64,000 nucleotides of DNA from Candidatus Bathyarchaeota archaeon (GTDB taxonomy: Archaea > Thermoproteota > Bathyarchaeia > TCS64), in contig CAVYLP010000005.1 in the NCBI GenBank assembly GCA_963769425.1, forward strand, positions 1 through 64,000, read 5' to 3'. This document shows positions 49,109-59,653 of the stretch, piece by piece. A program made the translations under genes and the position numbers. Each line of letters opens with the position of its first letter. Within the stretch, counting starts at the first letter, position 1. The notes beneath the pieces are model-generated. The model was not told where the DNA came from. It did not search any database and saw only the letters and a list, made by a program, of their open reading frames with translations.

Positions 49109-50209
49109 CTAGTCGGGGGAGGTAGCATATTCTCGGACTATCTCTGCGCACTTCTTCACCTTCTCCTCATCGATGTATGGCCAGAGGATGAGCTGCCGCT
49201 TGTAAATGTACTCCGAGTTCTCGAACAGCTTCGGGGACTCCTCGGGGTTGAACATGTTATTAACTGGCGGGATCAGTTCATTCGAGTCGAAGCCGATCCC
49301 CCGGAGCCTCGGTCCCAGTGAGTCAGAGTTCCCAACCAGAACAGGGTATCTGACGTAACTACCCTTACCAGTGTACCTCGGGGTTCTTACCTTGCTCCCC
49401 TTCAAGGTTTTCGCGTAGATTGCGGTTGCCCTTCTCCTCGCCTCAACATTCTCTTTCAAATGCCCGAGCTCAGCTTCTAGCATGCCCCATTTGAGGCCCC
49501 TCAGCGACCTTACATACCAGTTCTTGAACGTCTCGACGAATGACGCATACTGCTTGAACTTGGCTGGGTCATGGAGGGCGGCTTCGCGGACGGCGTAGAA
49601 GAGCGACCTGTGCACCCTGTAGTAGATGCACTCGTCGACGTTCTCGTATGGGTACGTCTCGATGAGTTGCTGGAGTCTACCCGATAGATTTGGGTCGTCC
49701 GTGGCGACGGCCCCGCCTCCCCCCTCTATCTCGACCGGTTTCCCCCTGCCGAAGCTGAATATAGATACCTCGCCGAACTCACCAACCGACCGGGAACCCA
49801 CTTTTACACCTAAGGCTTTGGCGGAGTCCTCTAAGAGAGGCACTTTGTGTCGCTGGCTGATCTCCTCGATCGTCTCGATGTCGCAAGGCTCTCCATGCTC
49901 GTGAACGGCTATGATGCACCCCGTCTTGTTCGTGATGGATGCCTCGAGGGATTCTGGGGAGACGTTGTAGGTGTCCCTCTCCACGTCGCAGAAAGCCGGT
50001 CTGCAGCCTGCATAGATGGCGGCGGAGCCGGGGTTGACGCAGAGGAGCGCGGGCATCAATACTTCGCCCTCGCACTTGAGCGCCCTGAGGGCGAAGAGGA
50101 TCGCAGACGTACCCGAACCGCAGAGGTGCACGTACCTCCGCCCCGTTGCCTCTCTGAGCACCTCAACCGCCTTATCCTCCGCCGATGATGCCAAAGAGCA
50201 AGCCTTCAT
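49109..50209 (-). CDS. DegT-like PLP-dependent aminotransferase
   Basis: SGTSA, LEDSA and SFGRGK motifs. Confidence 0.82.
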   Translation of the reverse strand: MKACSLASSAEDKAVEVLREATGRRYVHLCGSGTSAILFALRALKCEGEVLMPALLCVNPGSAAIYAGCRPAFCDVERDTYNVSPESLEASITNKTGCIIAVHEHGEPCDIETIEEISQRHKVPLLEDSAKALGVKVGSRSVGEFGEVSIFSFGRGKPVEIEGGGGAVATDDPNLSGRLQQLIETYPYENVDECIYYRVHRSLFYAVREAALHDPAKFKQYASFVETFKNWYVRSLRGLKWGMLEAELGHLKENVEARRRATAIYAKTLKGSKVRTPRYTGKGSYVRYPVLVGNSDSLGPRLRGIGFDSNELIPPVNNMFNPEESPKLFENSEYIYKRQLILWPYIDEEKVKKCAEIVREYATSPD

Positions 50210-50282
50210 CTCACACTCTCATCACTAAACTTAATTCCTTTCCGAGACACAGACACCTCAAAACCCCCGAGCGCGCCCCGTT

Positions 50283-51969
50283 ATGAGACCCAAGAAGGAT
50301 GAGGTGAGAGACAAGGGCGCCGGGGCGGGGGAGCCGAACATCGAGTTCGTGAGGAAGCTCATCCACACCCCCCTCTCGGACGGGCTCAACATACTCCAAC
50401 TCGCGACCTTCGGCGGTGTCTCCTACTGGTGGAACGTCGACACGAGCTTCTACGAAAGTGTTCTCAACCAGACGAGCTACAGGCCGCCGAGGGGGCTGAA
50501 GAGGGTCTTCCCGCGACTCTACAGGAGGTTTGGGGGGCTGCCCCAGCTCCTATACGATCTCTTCGTCTGGAAGCTTTCACGGATGCTTAGTTGGGGGGTC
50601 GAAGCGAAGAAGGGGGCGATAGTCCTCATCACGCAGGACGTCGAATGGAGGAGGATACGCAACTACGAAGCTGGCGGTTACGTGAAGACGGACGCCTTCT
50701 TTCACAACGTAATCAAGAGGCTCCCAAACACACTCCTCTCCTCCTACCCCCTCGACGTCTCCATACCGGGGGGCCTTAAAGTGGCCCTCGAAAAGAGGGG
50801 TTGGTCCGTGCCGCATCATCCTATTAACCAATACTGGGGTATGGGGGCTTGGCTCAGGGAGCGAGACGCGTCGCGCCACTTCGCGGCTAACTGGGAAAGG
50901 ATCGCATATGACCCCCAGCTGAGAGCGCTATGCCAACATCAGGGGCGGGATCTCTACCCCGTTGTCCGCGACAAACTCGAATCCATCTTCCTCTACGTCC
51001 TCCCCCAGGCCGTGAAGATGCACGAGGAATCGGGGAGAATGTTCGAGATGGAGAAACTCTCACTGCTTCTGCTCCAGAACGAGTATGGATGGAGGGAGAG
51101 AAGCCTAGTCGTGGCCGCCAAGGAGCTTGGAGTACCTGTTCTGGCAATCCAGCACGGCATCATCATCCCCGGGCACAAGGGGTACATGTACAGACGCGAC
51201 GAAGTCTCCACTAAATTCTCGGTCCTCATCCCCTTACTGTGCCCTCCCCGATTACACAGCCGTATTTGGGGAGAGCTACAGGGACCTACTAGTCAAACAA
51301 AGCGCGTACCCATCCGGAAGTGTCGTGGTGACCGGCCCGCCCCGATACGACCACCTGATCAATGCGGGAAAAATCTACAATAGAGCCAGCTTCTTAAAGA
51401 AGTACAACATTGCTGAGGGGCAGAAGCTCGTCCTCTGGGCGACCCAGAGCCACAGCCTGAGCGACGAAGAGAACATCGCTAACATCGAGGCCGTACTCGG
51501 GGCAGCGAATACCCTAGATGGCATGACTATCATCATCAAGCAGCACCCAGCGGAGGCACCGAGATACACGAAGATGCTCCAGGACGCCGCTTCGAGCCAC
51601 GGCGGCAAGGTGATAATCGTGCCGAAGGACTCGGACACCTTCGAGCAACTCTACGCCTGCGACCTGTTGATAACAAAGAACTCAACGACGGCTGTAGAGG
51701 CCGTCGCACTGGGGAAGCCGGTCATCGTGCTCAACCTGGGCGGGACACCTGATGCTGTGGACTACGTTACGGAGGGCGTGGCGGTCGGGGTCTACTCCCC
51801 CGAGAACCTCACTGAAACGGTAACCAAACTCCTAGTTGACGACTCTCCTCTAGCCGCAAAGAGGCCAGATTATATCAGCAGGAACATCTACAGGAGCGAT
51901 GGCCGCGCCTCAGAGCGCGTCGCTGAGCTTGTAAAACGTATTATATCAGAGAGCCCCAAGAGAACCTAA
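50283..51969 (+). CDS. GT-B fold protein (capsule synthesis/CDP-glycerol transferase-like), single frameshift near 51226
   Basis: AIQHG, TGPPRYD, KQHP.E and STTAVEAV.LGKP. The two ORFs join if one C is removed. Confidence 0.75.
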
Positions 51970-51992
51970 AATAGGCAAAAGGTGAATCAGCG

Positions 51993-52949
51993 TTGCCAGA
52001 TGAAGCTGCCAGGGGGAGCCACAGGGAGTTCTGCAAAAACAAAGGGGGTCTCCCCCTGTTCCTGCAGGACTGGTGGCTGGACGCCGTCTGCGGTGAGAGC
52101 TGGGGCGCGGCCATCGCCGAGAAGGGGGGAGAGATCGTCGCGACGCTCCCCTACTACCTGGCGAACAGGCACGGCTTTAGGGTCATCACGATGCCGAAGC
52201 TGACCCAGTCGATGGGGCCGTGGATCAGGTACCCCGGGGGGCAGAAGAGGACGACTAGGCTCGCCTACGAGAAGGGTGTCTGCGGGGATCTCGTTGACGC
52301 CCTCCCCCCGCACGCCATGTTCAACCAGACCTTCCACTACACCATCGGCAACTGGCTCCCGTTTCACTGGAAGGGCTTCAAGGAGACGACGCGGTACACC
52401 TACGTCCTTCGGGACCTATCCGCAATCGACGATGTCTACGCCGGGATCCAGAAGAATATCCGCACAGAGATCAGGGACGCCGAGGCTGGCGGCATAGTCG
52501 TCAAGGAGACCGATGACCTCGATGAGCTCTACAGGGTCTGCAGCCTCACCTTTGGGAACAGGGAGTTATCAACCCCCTTCCCTGTCGACCTCCTGAGACG
52601 GATAGACACCGAGGCGTCGAAGCGTGGGTGCAGGCGCATACTGCTGGCGAAGGACTCCCAGGGGGTCACCCACGCCGCCGTCTACATTGTGTGGGACGAC
52701 AACACCGCCCACTACATCCTCGGTGGCTCGGACCCAGCCCACAGGGACTCGGGGGCCCCTAGCCTCGCGCTCTGGAAAGCAATAGAGGGGGCATCGAAAC
52801 TCGGTAAGGCGCTCAACTTCGAAGGGAGCATGATCGAGTCCATCGAGCAGTACTTCAGGGGCTTCGGTGGAGAGCCCATGCCCTACTTCCACATCACGAA
52901 GGTGAACTCTGGACTCCTTCGACTACTCCTCACATTACGTGGGCGCTAG
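51993..52949 (+). CDS. FemAB-like GNAT acyltransferase
   Basis: F.QDWWLDAV, P.LT..MGP, RYTY, FEGSM and F..FGG motifs. Confidence 0.85.
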   Translation: MPDEAARGSHREFCKNKGGLPLFLQDWWLDAVCGESWGAAIAEKGGEIVATLPYYLANRHGFRVITMPKLTQSMGPWIRYPGGQKRTTRLAYEKGVCGDLVDALPPHAMFNQTFHYTIGNWLPFHWKGFKETTRYTYVLRDLSAIDDVYAGIQKNIRTEIRDAEAGGIVVKETDDLDELYRVCSLTFGNRELSTPFPVDLLRRIDTEASKRGCRRILLAKDSQGVTHAAVYIVWDDNTAHYILGGSDPAHRDSGAPSLALWKAIEGASKLGKALNFEGSMIESIEQYFRGFGGEPMPYFHITKVNSGLLRLLLTLRGR

Positions 52950-53993
52950 ATCTGGTCTCTCACGACTTTAACGATCTCTGAGCAGCCCGCCATCCAAGCT
53001 CCCCTCTCCACGCCGTAGTCGAGTATCTTCCCGTAGAGCCTTCCCCACTTCCCCCACATGAAGACGTTGTGCCAGATCAGGGTGGCGACACCCCCGTAGC
53101 GCTCGGTCACGTCTATTACCGTCTTGATCCTCTCCCAGGCGGCTTCTGGCCCGAGCCCGTTGTACGATTCTAGGGTCCTGTCCATGGCGGCTATGGGTAA
53201 CTCCACGATCCTCCTAGCCTTACCCGTTTCCTCGTCGTATGGGTTGAAGGGGTGGCAGAGGCCGTTCCTGAACCCGGCGGCGTTTGGGAACCCGAAGGTG
53301 GAGTCGTACTCGAAGCCCTCCTCTCTCAAGCATCCCCCACGTGGAGCGAGTGTCGAAAAGTAGATAGTGGTTCCTGTACCCAACAACGCTACTGTTAAGC
53401 GACTTCTCTAATCGCTTCTTCTCCCTTGCTAGGATGATTCTGTCCCTGTAGGCCTCCCAACCGCCGTGTAACCCGATTTCGAAGCCCCTGTCCAAAACAA
53501 CTGATGTATAACTCTGTAAGTCCTCGACACTGTAGTTGTAGTCCTTCTCCCCCGGCTCGAGGGAAAGAAGAAAGAAGGTTGACTTCGCGCCGTGCTCTTC
53601 CTCTAGATTCATTATCTTGTCGAAGTTGCAGTTTGGGCGATCCGATGAGGCGATATCATCGAGGCATTCGCTGAACGTCCTGCCGCCGAGGCGGCCCCTC
53701 GCCATGTTGAGGATCTTCCTGCCAGCCCCCACGTGAGCCTTGTCGATGTCGTGGGTTAGGCAGAGGGCGAACCTCTTTCCCTTAGGATAGTCGATCCTGA
53801 AGCCCTTTTCGGCTAGGTACCTCGATGTTTTCGGGTCGGTGACGTCCCTGCCGCGTGCCAGAGCCCTCCCCCACTCGTCCAGATCACCCTCACCCTCCTC
53901 CTTCAGGGTGTAGGCTCCCCAGTAATCGGAGCCCCTCAGCAGGTCATGGATTCGAGGCAACTTCGACCCCTCAGCTAGGGTGAGGCTTCCCAC
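52946..53993 (-). CDS. Polysaccharide deacetylase family protein, single frameshift near 53325
   Basis: LTHDID, EIGLHG, GYRNHYL, then YDSTFG..GFRNG.C.PF and LIWH in the second frame. Confidence 0.85.
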
Positions 53994-54460
53994 GCGCTCT
54001 TCTTCTCTAGATACTCGGCGAGAGTCATCCTCGGCTTCGCGGGGTTGCCGAAGACGACGGTATCCGGTGGAACGTCCCTAGTCACGACTGAGCCGAATCC
54101 TACTACGGCCTTCTTCCCTATTGTGACCCCCGCTTTCAGCATGGAGCCGGCGCAGATGATGGCGCCGTCCCTTACCTTCACGCCCACCATCTTCGGCGAC
54201 ATCGGGTAGGGGTCGTTCGTGAATATGACGCCGGGGCCGACGAAGACGTCGTCCCCGATAACGGTGAGCGGGGGGATGTAGGCGGAGCCCTCGATCTTGC
54301 ATCGGCTCCCGATCTTCACGCCGTAGTCTATGTGGACGAGTGAGCCGATCTTGGTGTCGTCCCCGATCTCGGTGTTGTCCCCGACGTAGGTGAAGTGCCA
54401 CATACGCACGTTCCTGCCGAGCTTTACGTTCTTCCCTATGTGCTGAATGACGTCTGCCAT
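53975..54460 (-). CDS. Hexapeptide-repeat N-acetyltransferase (WbpD-like)
   Basis: Left-handed beta-helix repeats, GPGVIFTND and GNPA; likely start MADVIQH. Confidence 0.88.
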   Translation of the reverse strand: MADVIQHIGKNVKLGRNVRMWHFTYVGDNTEIGDDTKIGSLVHIDYGVKIGSRCKIEGSAYIPPLTVIGDDVFVGPGVIFTNDPYPMSPKMVGVKVRDGAIICAGSMLKAGVTIGKKAVVGFGSVVTRDVPPDTVVFGNPAKPRMTLAEYLEKKSAWEASP

Positions 54461-54545
54461 CGCTTCTCTAACCCATCTAGGCGTCCAATCTGGGTAATAA
54501 CGATTCCAGCCCGGTGAGGGGAAAAACGGATCGAGACCTTTTTCT

Positions 54546-54974
54546 CTAGTTGTTTTTAGGGGCATCGACCAGCTTCACAGATTGAGGATCGATGTCTATT
54601 ATCTTTCTATGATCGACGTAAGACCCGGAGCCTATCAGCCCCCAGCCGTTTTCTTCAGCCTCGGGGTGCCAGTATAGGTACCACCACCGCCACTTAGCCG
54701 AGACTTCCTCATCCGTCTCAAACCCCGCCACCCCCTCAATCTCCCAGAACTTGCCCTCCATATAGCTCGGGAAGCTAATGACCACCCTGTGGTTCCTCTC
54801 TATGTCCTTCACCTTCTTCGTCGTGCTGTAGGTTGGGAACCACATCTTGCCATAGGGGTCCTCGTTGAAGTTGGTCATCGGCCTGCTCCTCTTTGAGCCA
54901 TCCTCCGAGTAAGTGATCATGTTCACCATCTTCGCTGCGAGAAAGTCGTGTACTAGACCCTGCATCTTCTCCAT
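54546..54974 (-). CDS. Pyridoxamine 5'-phosphate oxidase-like split-barrel protein
   Basis: SRPMT, WFPT...KKV.DI..N.RV. Confidence 0.75.
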   Translation of the reverse strand: MEKMQGLVHDFLAAKMVNMITYSEDGSKRSRPMTNFNEDPYGKMWFPTYSTTKKVKDIERNHRVVISFPSYMEGKFWEIEGVAGFETDEEVSAKWRWWYLYWHPEAEENGWGLIGSGSYVDHRKIIDIDPQSVKLVDAPKNN

Positions 54975-55096
54975 TCTACACCATCTAGTTTTGGTCTATG
55001 AAGCGTTTTATATTAAGAATAATAGTGGTATAAAATAAAATAAGCACGGGAACGCAATTATTAACTTAAAATTTTAATTGCAAGTTGTTGAGGAGC

Positions 55097-56170
55097 CTAT
55101 CCGAGGACCTTTATGGCCTCGTAGAGGCTCTCCTTGATATTGGAGAGGGTTTCATCCTTTGATATCTGTAGGGCGTCTAGGGTGTTGTACTCCAGGCTTG
55201 CTAGTTCCCTTAGCTCCTTCAGCTCCTCCTTGGACATGGCGCCACCAACGTCCTCGAGGTACGTGATCCTGTTCTTCTTATCAGCGACGAGGAAGTCGAA
55301 GTGGTCGATGTCCCACCTGTAGCCTGGGGCCTTTGCTTCGTACTCCAGCTTGGAGACGTCACCTATCGACCTCTTAATCTCTAGGAACTCCAAAGCCTCA
55401 GAGGCGTTCGAGTATGCGTCCTCCATCTCCTCAACGTCGGTTGAGTGCTTCTTGAGAAGTTCCTCGCGGCGGCTCGACCAGATCTTCCCCTCCCTCAAGT
55501 ACTCGTCGAATATCTTTGTGAATGTCTCCTCCTTGACTACACCGTCCCTGTAGAGCTTTACTAGCTTGAGCTTGAGGGCGATGTTCTTCGCGAGGTTTTC
55601 TACTAGGTCCTTCGAGAGTGGGTCGGGGACGTATCCCTTGCCCTGGGTCTCTTCCTGGTACTCCTCCACCATCTCAGCCGTCTCGATCTTTGAAGCCTCG
55701 GCACCCGTAGATAAGGGCTCGCTCGGGGTCTCAACTGGCGCCGCTTGTGGCATCGATGGTGCTGGCGGGGTGGTCTCAACTGGCTTGGGCTCCTCGACCA
55801 CCATAGGGGTGGGCTCGGGTGCCTTCTCCTCCGCTTTCACCTCGACTACTGGTGGTTCAGGTGTCGGTTCAACCTGTACGGGGGGTATAGTAATGATTGG
55901 CTCGACCGGCTCAACCTCTTGAGGTGACTCGGGGACTGGCTCCGGCGCCGGCTCGGGTTTCGCCATCTCCTCGGTCGGCTCGTCCACAACTATGACCGCA
56001 TCCTCGTCGGGGACGACGAGCTTCTTAGTCTCGGGCTGCTCCGCCTTTTCCTCTTTCGGCTGCTCCTCTTTGTAGAGGGGGAAGCCACAGTTCAGGCAAT
56101 ACAGTGTCTTTGGTACGTCCTCCTTGCAGTTGGGGCAATGAACGACCTCGCCGGAAGCTCCGCTCGCCAT
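55097..56170 (-). CDS. Zinc ribbon + Pro/Glu-rich linker + CdvA-like helical domain protein
   Basis: CPNC...CLNC, a long PE-rich spacer, and L..LY..G.V.E.TF and LE....IGDVS..EY helical motifs. Confidence 0.6.
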   Translation of the reverse strand: MASGASGEVVHCPNCKEDVPKTLYCLNCGFPLYKEEQPKEEKAEQPETKKLVVPDEDAVIVVDEPTEEMAKPEPAPEPVPESPQEVEPVEPIITIPPVQVEPTPEPPVVEVKAEEKAPEPTPMVVEEPKPVETTPPAPSMPQAAPVETPSEPLSTGAEASKIETAEMVEEYQEETQGKGYVPDPLSKDLVENLAKNIALKLKLVKLYRDGVVKEETFTKIFDEYLREGKIWSSRREELLKKHSTDVEEMEDAYSNASEALEFLEIKRSIGDVSKLEYEAKAPGYRWDIDHFDFLVADKKNRITYLEDVGGAMSKEELKELRELASLEYNTLDALQISKDETLSNIKESLYEAIKVLG

Positions 56171-56695
56171 ATTCACATCATCCACTCGATAACGATCAAT
56201 TCTCCCCTTTCATAGATTTAATCATTTTCGGCCAGAATACAGACCGGTATTGCTTGAAAAGGGTTAATTGCAGTCTAAACCTACTATAGCCTAACAGATT
56301 TCAAGTCATCATCGGCTTGTTGGCCTAAACCAGTCTAAAATAACTTGGATGGTTTAACTACGATGTGTAAATCTCTCCTGGGAAAAGTGCTTCTCAAAGA
56401 TGACGTCGACGGTCAAATGCTCTCGGCGCTATTGTACATACGGTCGTGTTTCTCTACGATCCTGCGTAGTAGATGAACAGCAATCCCGTCGGGATGACGC
56501 TTATCCCGTGAAACAGGTATGCCCTGAGGCTGTCGAATGGCGACCAGATCGAGCTGATGATGAGTTTGTAGTTGTATGAAGTACTCGACTTCATGGTGGT
56601 CTTCGCGGAGTGTGAATGTTTTGCGGGGAGATAGCTCTTCACTAAATGGCAGAAACGGGTGTATTCTTTTCAATAACCGCGGTGCTCTCTGATCC

Positions 56696-57754
56696 ATGGC
56701 GCTCCCCAACGGCAGCCTCACGCCCGATGAACTAGCCTACTATTCACGCCAGCTCGTGCTAGCCGAGATAGGGTCGATCGGACAAAGGAGGCTCAAGGGA
56801 GCGCGTGTACTCGTCGCGGGGGTCGGTGGGCTAGGGTGTCAGCTCTCCGTCCAGCTGGCCTCGATGGGTGTGGGGTATCTCCGACTCGTCGACAGGGACG
56901 TGGTGGAGATGAGCAACCTCCAGAGGCAGCACCTCTACGGATTCGACGTTGTAGGTTACCCGAAGGTCGAGGCGGCGGAGATGAGGCTCCGCAAGGTGAA
57001 CCCCTTCATCGACATCGAGGCGATCCCCGCCTCGGTGAACAACAGGACCGCTCCGAAGCTGGTGGAGGGGGTCGACCTCGTCGTCGACGGTCTGGACCGG
57101 CTGACGCCACGCCTCGCCCTCAACAGGGCGTGTGTGGAGCGGGGAATCCCCTACGTCTACGGGGCCGTTATAACCCACGTAGGGAATGTGTCAACCATCA
57201 TTCCCGGTGAGACGCCCTGCCTAGAGTGCTGGCAGGGAAACATCGACGAGGCGAGCGTCCCGACGTGCGCCACTGTCGGCGTCATGCCATCAGCCATCAG
57301 CGTCATCGCCAGCATACAGGTATCCGAGGCGGTGAGGATCATCCTCGGGAAGAAGCCAAACCTAGCCGGGAAGCTCCTCTTCTTCGACCTCGATGAGCTG
57401 AGCCTCGAGAAGATCAACCTTGCGAAGGCGGAGGCGTGCAATGTGTGTGGCATCCCGTCAGCATCTCCCGACGTAGATGATCCCGTCGAGGAGATATGCG
57501 GGCGAAGCGGAAAGCGTGTCTTCACAATTACTCCCAAGGAACTACTCGACCTGAACCTGGGTCAAATCGAGGAGAAGCTGACTCGCCTTAATCTTAAGAA
57601 AAGTCTGGCAACTCGCCTCGGGTTGACGTTCAACGACGGTCATGGGATGAATGGGAGCATCTTCAGGACCGGTGTGGCCGTCTTTGAGGGTGTGGAGTCT
57701 AGGGTAAACGCCACTGATCTATACCGAACGCTGACCGGGGTCGGAATCGAATAG
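56696..57754 (+). CDS. ThiF/MoeB/UbaA-family E1-like adenylyltransferase
   Basis: YSRQ, GVGGLG, DRDVVE.SNLQRQ, CLEC, TC...G and CNVC motifs. Confidence 0.92.
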   Translation: MALPNGSLTPDELAYYSRQLVLAEIGSIGQRRLKGARVLVAGVGGLGCQLSVQLASMGVGYLRLVDRDVVEMSNLQRQHLYGFDVVGYPKVEAAEMRLRKVNPFIDIEAIPASVNNRTAPKLVEGVDLVVDGLDRLTPRLALNRACVERGIPYVYGAVITHVGNVSTIIPGETPCLECWQGNIDEASVPTCATVGVMPSAISVIASIQVSEAVRIILGKKPNLAGKLLFFDLDELSLEKINLAKAEACNVCGIPSASPDVDDPVEEICGRSGKRVFTITPKELLDLNLGQIEEKLTRLNLKKSLATRLGLTFNDGHGMNGSIFRTGVAVFEGVESRVNATDLYRTLTGVGIE

Positions 57755-57784
57755 ATTTTAATCCCCGGATTCGAGCCCTAACGC

Positions 57785-58270
57785 GTGTCTCTAAGAGCGG
57801 AGCTTGAGATTTTCCTTGGTGAGCCGGAAGGAAGGAGGGTCGTCCTCGTCGGCATCGGGAGCTCGATAAGGCACGACGACGTGGTCGGCCTCAAAGTACT
57901 CGTACTTTTGGAAGGGAAGCTCCCACCGAGTGTCCTGCTTCTCCTGACGGAGACGGTTCCCGAGAGTTACACTGGTGCAATCCGGGACTTTGCACCCACC
58001 CATGTTCTCCTCCTCGACGCGGCGCATTTCAACGGTGCCCCGGGTGAGGGAAGAATTATACCGACGAAGATGATTGCCAACGTCTCCGTTTCCACGCACA
58101 GCCTCCCCCTGCCCCTCTTCATAAACTACATCGAGAAGTCGATCTGCCCGAGGGTTGCCCTGCTCGGAATCCAGGGTGTGAACATAGAATTGGGGGAGGG
58201 GATCACCTCTGAGGTCGAGGAAGGAGCCAACATTATAGCTCAAATTCTAATAGATTTGCTAAACATTTAA
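57785..58270 (+). CDS. hycI: Hydrogenase maturation endopeptidase (HycI family)
   Basis: GIG..IR.DD, TVPE, LDAA and STH.LPL motifs; directly upstream of the hydrogenase operon. Confidence 0.85.
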   Translation: MSLRAELEIFLGEPEGRRVVLVGIGSSIRHDDVVGLKVLVLLEGKLPPSVLLLLTETVPESYTGAIRDFAPTHVLLLDAAHFNGAPGEGRIIPTKMIANVSVSTHSLPLPLFINYIEKSICPRVALLGIQGVNIELGEGITSEVEEGANIIAQILIDLLNI

Positions 58271-58394
58271 GTTCTAATTGGAACTTTTTTACACCCTTTT
58301 CCCCTGATTTTCGTTCCTTCATGTATTTAACATAAAAACCCACGAGGCGTGAATGTTTATATCCTCGAACCAAACGATGGTTTGAGGGACCGTA

Positions 58395-58730
58395 TTGCTT
58401 GAAGGTCTAACCGGATTCGTGTTAATTTTGGTTGTAGCCCTGGTCGTCGCCCTCATCATAATGGCGATCGGTAACGACCTGGCTCCCAAGAGTCCGGACA
58501 CACCCGGCAAGCTGGCACCTTACGCCTGCGGTGAGGATATTCCTCCCACCAGGGTTAGGGTGAACGTCGAGAACTTCTTCATCTACGCAGTCTACTTCAT
58601 GATATTCGACGTGTTGGGCTTCGTCCTCGCGACGACGCTCGCCAGACCGGCGAACGTGATGCTCCCGCTAGCCTACGCGGCTGCATCGCTTGTGTCCATC
58701 GTGATACTGACCGCGAAGTGGAGGAAGTAG
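58395..58730 (+). CDS. NuoA-like membrane subunit
   Basis: PYACGE, YA.YFMIFDV; 3 TM segments. Confidence 0.85.
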   Translation: MLEGLTGFVLILVVALVVALIIMAIGNDLAPKSPDTPGKLAPYACGEDIPPTRVRVNVENFFIYAVYFMIFDVLGFVLATTLARPANVMLPLAYAAASLVSIVILTAKWRK

Positions 58731-58731
58731 A

Positions 58732-59151
58732 ATGGGTCTAGTTACATGGGCCAGAACTCGCTCCCCTTGGCTGATACACTTCAACGGTGCCGCATGCAAC
58801 GCCTGTGACATCGAGATTGTGGCCGCACTAACGCCGCGTTTCGATGTCGAGCGTTTCGGCGCGCTGCTCAAGGGGTCTCCAAGACACGCCGATGTCATAG
58901 TGGTCTCGGGCTCCATCTCGAGGAAGCTGAAGAGCAGACTCAAGAGGATATACGAGCAGATGCCCGAGCCAAAGTTCGTCGTGGCTGTCGGCAGCTGCGC
59001 CAACACCGGGGGCACCTTCCAGGACTGCTACAACGTCATGGAGGGCGTCGATAAGGTCATCCCCGTCAACGCATACGTGGTGGGTTGCCCGCCGAAGCCT
59101 GAGGCGATCCTCGACGGCGTCGTCAAGCTACTGAAGAGCGCGGGGTACTGA
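58732..59151 (+). CDS. Group 4 hydrogenase small subunit (NuoB/EchC-like)
   Basis: CNACDIE, SPRHAD, GSCA..GG and GCPP motifs. Confidence 0.92.
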   Translation: MGLVTWARTRSPWLIHFNGAACNACDIEIVAALTPRFDVERFGALLKGSPRHADVIVVSGSISRKLKSRLKRIYEQMPEPKFVVAVGSCANTGGTFQDCYNVMEGVDKVIPVNAYVVGCPPKPEAILDGVVKLLKSAGY

Positions 59152-59161
59152 GGTGAATTGA

Positions 59162-59653
59162 ATGAGTTACGCTGAAGAGAATAAGAAGACCCTCGAGAGG
59201 CTCGTTGAGGCCATCGGGAAGGAGAACGTCATCGACTCCAAGATCCCGAAGGAGAAGAGAGTCTACGTCACCATAAAGACCGACAAGCTGAGGGACGCCA
59301 TCACCTTCCTCAAGGAGAAGGAGGGGTTGTTCCACCTCTCCACGATCACCGGGATTGACCTCGGCGAGGAGAGGGAGCTAAACTATCACCTCAACCGCCC
59401 CAACCTGATCTTCACAATCAAGGTGCGGATCCCGGGTGACAAGCCCGTGGTCCCATCAATCACCGATATAATCGGCGGGGCCGTACTCTACGAGAGGGAG
59501 GTCAACGACCTGCTCGGGGTCTTCCCCGAGGGTCACCCGAACCCGAAGAGGCTCCTCATGACTGAGGAGTGGCCCGAGGGAGTTTATCCGCTCCTCAAGA
59601 AGTGGGATGTCAAGTCCCTGAGGAAGGCGGTCGACGGGGAGGAATGGACATGA
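59162..59653 (+). CDS. NuoC/EchD-like subunit
   Basis: HLSTITG.D, YERE..DL.G...GHP and YPL.K motifs. Confidence 0.9.
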   Translation: MSYAEENKKTLERLVEAIGKENVIDSKIPKEKRVYVTIKTDKLRDAITFLKEKEGLFHLSTITGIDLGEERELNYHLNRPNLIFTIKVRIPGDKPVVPSITDIIGGAVLYEREVNDLLGVFPEGHPNPKRLLMTEEWPEGVYPLLKKWDVKSLRKAVDGEEWT

